Origin: Octopus bimaculoides
Taxonomy: Eukaryota
Direction: 5' to 3'
Length of the DNA stretch: 38,074 nt
Assembly: GCF_001194135.2 (NCBI RefSeq)
Contig: NC_068990.1
Coordinates: forward strand, 12,431,026-12,469,099
In this document: positions 33,085 through 38,074 of the stretch, piece after piece
Numbering within the stretch: position 1 is the first letter of the stretch
Layout of the letters: each line of letters opens with the position of its first letter
Translations under genes and position numbers: made by a program
The notes under the pieces: model-generated
Databases searched by the model: none
What the model saw: the letters and a program-made list of their open reading frames with translations, nothing else
What the model was told of the DNA's origin: nothing

Positions 33085-33802
33085 AAAAGTCTGTTTGAGT
33101 GCATATACTGTTAGCTCATTCATCAAATTGAGGATGACTTAACAGGGATATAGGCAAACGTTAGATTGGTCCAAATTTGTTTTCTATTTCTTTTATACTG
33201 AAAAAGAGCTGCATGTGCACCAGATGCTCTCTCTCAGTCTTACACATTATGCCAAGTGACAAAGTAAAATAAACACAGTAAGCATATCTATATAAAAATG
33301 TTAAAATGGTTGAAGGGATCTCCACACCTTGCAGTACCATCTCATTTCATGTGTTGCCCAAGCCATAAAATATATCTGGTATTTGCCCTATATTATAGCT
33401 TCTAGCCCAGGATGACAATATGTTGCTACCTGCACCAGTTGTCTCTCTTGGTCTCCTAGTTACAAAACCATGTAAATAAAGATTACATAATTCTTCCATG
33501 CCTATTTAGATGAAATACAAACATGCTACAAAATATATACTTGCATGCATGTATATACATATGTACATATAACAAGCTGGCTGTTAACTCAACTTGAGTC
33601 AATCTTCTTTCTGACAGGGTTTCTTTTTCACCCAACCAGATTTCTCAAATCAGCCTCCTCATAAGGTAGGCTTGTTGGAGGTTGCCAAATTTAATTGCTG
33701 TCAACCCAGGCATGCCATAAATTGTACTAGGTCACAAACGTGACCTGACATACAGTATTTTTTAAATTGAAAATCAACTTTAAATAGCAGATGAACATAT
33801 AC

Positions 33803-33887
33803 CTGATGAAAGAGGATATTTGTGTGCAAAGAGAAAGCCTCTTCCATGAGGTCCAATGATGGTTCACTGGCCAAAACTTTGAAGTCA
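33803..33887 (-). other. Candidate internal exon of an unidentified gene
   Basis: TTTTGACAG|85 nt|CAG-GTATAT on the minus strand; one frame reads DFKVLASEPSLDLMEEAFSLHTNILFHQ; no homology recognised. Confidence 0.2.
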
Positions 33888-34039
33888 CTGTCAAAATTAT
33901 CGTTATTAAAGAATAATAAATTTGTGCTCTGTTTAGAGTAATCCTTCAGATTGATATGAAATTGGTATAAAATTGTTTTTTATATAACAGAACATAAAAC
34001 CAACCATTAGTAAATATATATAAAAGTTATAGAAGCTGC

Positions 34040-34040
<1 letters not shown>

Positions 34041-34086
<46 letters not shown>
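34041..34086. repeat. (TA)n microsatellite
   Basis: Direct reading. Confidence 0.95.
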
Positions 34087-34093
<7 letters not shown>

Positions 34094-35577
34094 CATACAC
34101 ACACACATTTTTGTGAGCTATCTTAACATTTTCATGTCTTAATGTTGGTTCCTCTGCAGTGGATGACGACATAGATAAATGTATTTACCAATGATTTTAT
34201 TTACGTTAGTAAAAATAATTGCATGCAAATTATAATATTCATTGATTATCAATAAATTGGTAAAGAAAGTTTTATAACTGGTATTGTTAGGCGTTTGTGT
34301 GTATCCATACGTTAATTTAATAAGTTTGCTTTATAAACTATATTCTCTTTTAATAATTAATATTGCATATTAAAACTAAAATCACTGAAGATTATTCTGA
34401 ACTGGAATTTTGGGGACAATAATTATCTACTTTATACGATTCCACAGATAGTTTTTGCTGTTTATTAAATTTATAAAAGTTATAAAGTGGAATTAATTTT
34501 CTGGTTTATCACAATAATTTTCACATTATCAATTTAATTTCTGCTTTGAATTCTGTTAAATTACTTATAAGTATTTGAAAGTTAAAGTTAAAATAAAAAT
34601 TAACTAAAATTATTGCTAAAAAGAAACTGAGCTTATTGTGATATCATGTAAATCAGGAATTTTTAAACATCTCCTCTTTTAATAATTTTTGGCAAGTTGA
34701 TTTCTCTAGAAGCTACAAAGTAAATTTGAAACCCTTCACAACCTACTTCCTCAACACTCTTTTATATCTCTGATCCAAGTAAATGCTCTCAATTCTATGA
34801 CCCAGATTTTTGTTTGTCTTTCAAAGTAATGCTTTCTATCCTGGTAATCAATAATTTGTAATCTGAGTTTTTAAATGTTGGCATGAAGTTCTGATACTTT
34901 TTTTTATTTTTTCCCTTTCTTTCTTGTTTTATCACTTATATTTGTCATCAGTTTAACAAGCTACTTGATATTGCATTTGATGAAATGAATTTGAACATGC
35001 CTTGTCTCTAAAAGATTTTCTTTAGACCATTAAAATTTGGCTCAGGCAGTTTGTTGTAAATAAAATATCAATATGGATCAAAAACTGTTAATGTGAATTT
35101 GATTTAAGAGTTATGGAGGAAGATGGAATATAATCAAATAAAATAATCATATATACTTATGCACGTACATACATACATGTGTACATCAAGCACACATTTA
35201 GAATTTACACCTACATACTAGGAATTTACATGTCAATGCACGCACACACATACACGTGTGTATGTATATGCCTGGTGCATTGTTATTCATTATGATAAAT
35301 GATTGTATGTGTTGACTTAATGAAACAGTAGGTAGTTTCTTTTAGTGACTATTCGATTTTCTCCTGAATAACAGTATTCAATAACGCTTTGTTATTATGA
35401 TTTAATTGACAGTAGAGCTGAGAAATTAATTACTAACTAAATCATACTCATTTTGAAGTTACATATTTACTGAACTCTGATATAATTTCTATGCTACATT
35501 AATTTCTATATTGGTTGTGATCATGATATACTACTCATTTATGATATAGTATTTATGATATCATGGTTGTAAACAAG

Positions 35578-35773
35578 CATCATTGTCATACAAGTGGTGT
35601 TGTTTGTTTCCAGTCTTCTGTGGAAAACATGTCTGGCCATGGGGAAATATAATCTTGCTTGACAACAGATGATGGTTGGTGACAAGAAACACATTTGGTT
35701 CTAGAAGATGTGCCCCAACAAATTTTGTCGGGCCCATGCAATAAAGGAAAAGTAGATATTAAATGATGATGAG
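35578..35773 (+). mobile_element. SINE family D2 3' part
   Basis: GAAAACATGTCTGGCCATGGGGAAATATAA...GATATTAAATGATGATGAG. Confidence 0.7.
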
Positions 35774-36109
35774 GAGCAGGAATATATTTTATAGAATTAA
35801 GTCCATAAGTTTAACTCTTTCATAACCATATTATTAATGAATTACACTGCCCATTGTTTTTAATTTATTCTTTGAAATAATTAACAGTTTGAAATGTTTT
35901 GTGAAGTCCATTATTAAATTAGTATCTGGAACAATTTAACAAAACATTAAAATATATAATTGTGGTTAAAAGTATTAAACCACATGATCACTGATATTAC
36001 TGCAGTAAATGAAGGAATAAACCACCTCATTGTGGTGGTGGTCGCGGTGTTAAATTGAAAAAAACACATTAACACTCAAGAACTAATACAGTCTTCCAGA
36101 GGACTTTTG

Positions 36110-36243
36110 CACAATTTCCATCTTCTCCCTAACTTCAAAAAGGGTTAATGTCAATCCGAACTTACGACCAAAGTACCATGCAGTAGGGTCAGGCCCAGAA
36201 CCATGTGATTGCAAAGAAAACTAAACCATACAGCCATGCTTGC
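36110..36243 (-). mobile_element. Highly degenerate SINE family A head
   Basis: CCAAAGTACCATGCAGTAGG...CCCAGAACCATGTGATTG...AACCATACAGCCATGC. Confidence 0.5.
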
Positions 36244-36757
36244 GTTCTTTAATGTTTACAAGCCATCTAAGTTTCACTAGCATGGAAAATTGCATATGTA
36301 ACATCATATATATATATCTACATATGTTTATCTATGTATACATACTTTATTAGATATTATTTCTTTAATGTGTATATATACACATATATGTGGAGTGAAC
36401 TAATCATTAAATGTATGTTCATAGAGAGTAACGTCTTTCATGTGTTTGATATCAAAAACATTTAATATAGGAAACAGATTTAAGAAAGTACTTTCAGGTT
36501 TTACCAATGTTCATTTTTTTCCCCTGATTTTTCTTTCTTTTAGTTTCTATAATTCTTAAGAATGTAAATGACACTTAGAGTGGAGATCATTCATTTTGAT
36601 ATTTTAACAGTTTGCAGAGTTGTTTTCTTTAGTCAGTTCTCATTGGGAAACACAGGCACCCAATGTAGCCTGCCAGTTGCATTTCTACATCTTAAAATTG
36701 TATAAGAATGCTGTATACAAATATATATATATATATATATGTGTGCAGCCAATCACC

Positions 36758-36789
<32 letters not shown>

Positions 36790-37187
36790 TGCTATCACCA
36801 TCGCCACTGCTACTTTTGTCTGTTCCTCCTTGTTGGAATGGGTTGGTCCATTGGGCAAGGCTTTTGAGACAGTGTTTTATGGCCTGGTGCCAACTCTTTT
36901 AGTTGCTTCGTATAACATGCAGGGATATGGTGAGCCTTTTCTAAAAACAGGGAGATATCAAAGAATTTATGCATGTAATGTATGCACATATGTACACATG
37001 CACATATATAACATATGCGTATGTGTGTATGTATGTATGTTATTTTTTATTACAGTAGAAAAATATTTATACTCATGTTTTGAGTTCTATCTTTCCTGTT
37101 TGCATTATCAAATTTATTTGGTTTTTATGCATTAGTGTCTGTGTGTGAATATGAGTGTATATATGTATTTGTGTGAGAGAATTAGAA

Positions 37188-37191
<4 letters not shown>

Positions 37192-37244
<53 letters not shown>
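37192..37244. repeat. (GA)n microsatellite
   Basis: Direct reading. Confidence 0.95.
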
Positions 37245-37247
<3 letters not shown>

Positions 37248-37456
37248 TGTAGTATTGAAATTAAAGTATCAAGTATAATGAAGAACGTTTATTTAAAAAA
37301 ATAAAGTTGTGCCAAGGAATGAAACTAGGGGATATACTTAAGAATTAATTTATATATTTCTTAAACCTATAAATGTACTTTGGCTTAGTGAATATTTTAA
37401 TTCCAAAAACACTGTGATGCATTGATAATTTTCTCATGGTTGTCAAAGTAACATTA

Positions 37457-37505
37457 ATATGCAAAGTAGCTTACTCATATGCAAAGTAGCTTACTCATAT
37501 GCAAA
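37457..37505. repeat. 20-bp tandem repeat, about 2.4 copies
   Basis: ATATGCAAAGTAGCTTACTC twice, then ATATGCAAA. Confidence 0.95.
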
Positions 37506-37830
37506 TTAAGCTGTTTTACCCATGCAACTGTGAACTGTTTTTTTTTCTTTCAATTATTTCTTACTATCATAATATTACCAATGTAAAAAGTTTCATGCTC
37601 ACTGTTGCCAATAACTTAAGGTGTGTGTGTATATATATATGCTGAGTACATTGGAATAAATTATCCAGGTGGGTACTATAAGTGCTCTTAGGTATATTCC
37701 AGGTTCTGGTCAATCGTGTAAATAAGAAGCATGAAGGATCACTTAGGGTTAGCAGTCCCACAAATTCTTCTGGGTTCACTTTGGTGGATTATGAATATTT
37801 TGCAGAGTTTAAATCCAGTTACTTTGGATA

Positions 37831-38074
37831 TCATCATCATCATCATCATCGTTTAACGTCCGCTTTCCATGCTAGCATGGGTTGGACGATTTGACTGAGG
37901 ACTGGTGAAACCGGATGGCAACACCAGGCTCCAGTCTGATTTGGCAGAGTTTCTACAGCTGGATGCCCTTCCTAACGCCAACCACTCAGAGAGTGTAGTG
38001 GGTGCTTTTACGTGTCACCCGCACGAAAACGGCCACGCTCGAAATGGTGTTTTTTATGTGCCACCTGCACAAGC
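37831..38074 (-). mobile_element. SINE family D, young, continues past window end
   Basis: (CAT)n-CGTTTAACGTCCGC tail and TTTCTACAGCTGGATGCCCTTCCTAACGCCAACCAC; CpGs retained. Confidence 0.9.

Noticed and set aside
36620-37135. 171-aa ORF
   Set aside because: It is built from (TA)n, (CAC/CAT)n, a SINE D tail remnant and (TG/TA) tracts.
37682-37830. ORF VLVNRVNKKHEGSLRVSSPTNSSGFTLVDYEYFAEFKSSYFGY after a CCAG acceptor
   Set aside because: It runs into a SINE (CAT)n tail with no donor, and I recognise no homology.
1-38074. CRISPR arrays, rRNA, protocadherin or C2H2 zinc-finger exons, telomeric arrays
   Set aside because: There is no regularly spaced repeat-spacer array, rRNA-like sequence, cadherin or CxxC...HxxxH coding motif, or tandem TTAGGG.

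Overview
AT-rich, repeat-dense eukaryotic genomic DNA from a gapped draft assembly (N-gaps at 2940-3584, 4805-4842, 6992-7388, 23526-23837). The SINE families and microsatellite load match what I recognise from octopus (coleoid cephalopod) genomes; that assignment is pattern recognition, not a database result. I cannot support any intact protein-coding gene: almost all ORFs in the track are read-through of microsatellites, SINEs or N-gaps. The window holds more than 30 copies or fragments of about four tRNA-derived SINE families, the 3' end of an R4/Dong-type restriction-like-endonuclease retrotransposon abutting (TAA)n, a decayed mariner/maT transposase C-terminus, a Tc1/mariner MITE nested in a SINE, and a piggyBac-type MITE with a nested SINE. 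The most notable signal is a set of (TA)n-flanked long inverted-repeat elements. The best-preserved one (23838-24671) carries a minimal type-I hammerhead-ribozyme motif of the Penelope-like-element kind in each arm, one per strand, and an older relative (11304-11842) keeps only half of the motif. A unique, relatively CpG-rich segment (about 22750-31450) contains two promoter-like motif clusters (YY1/CRE with splice donors; E2F/E-box/TATA) whose genes cannot be identified from sequence alone.
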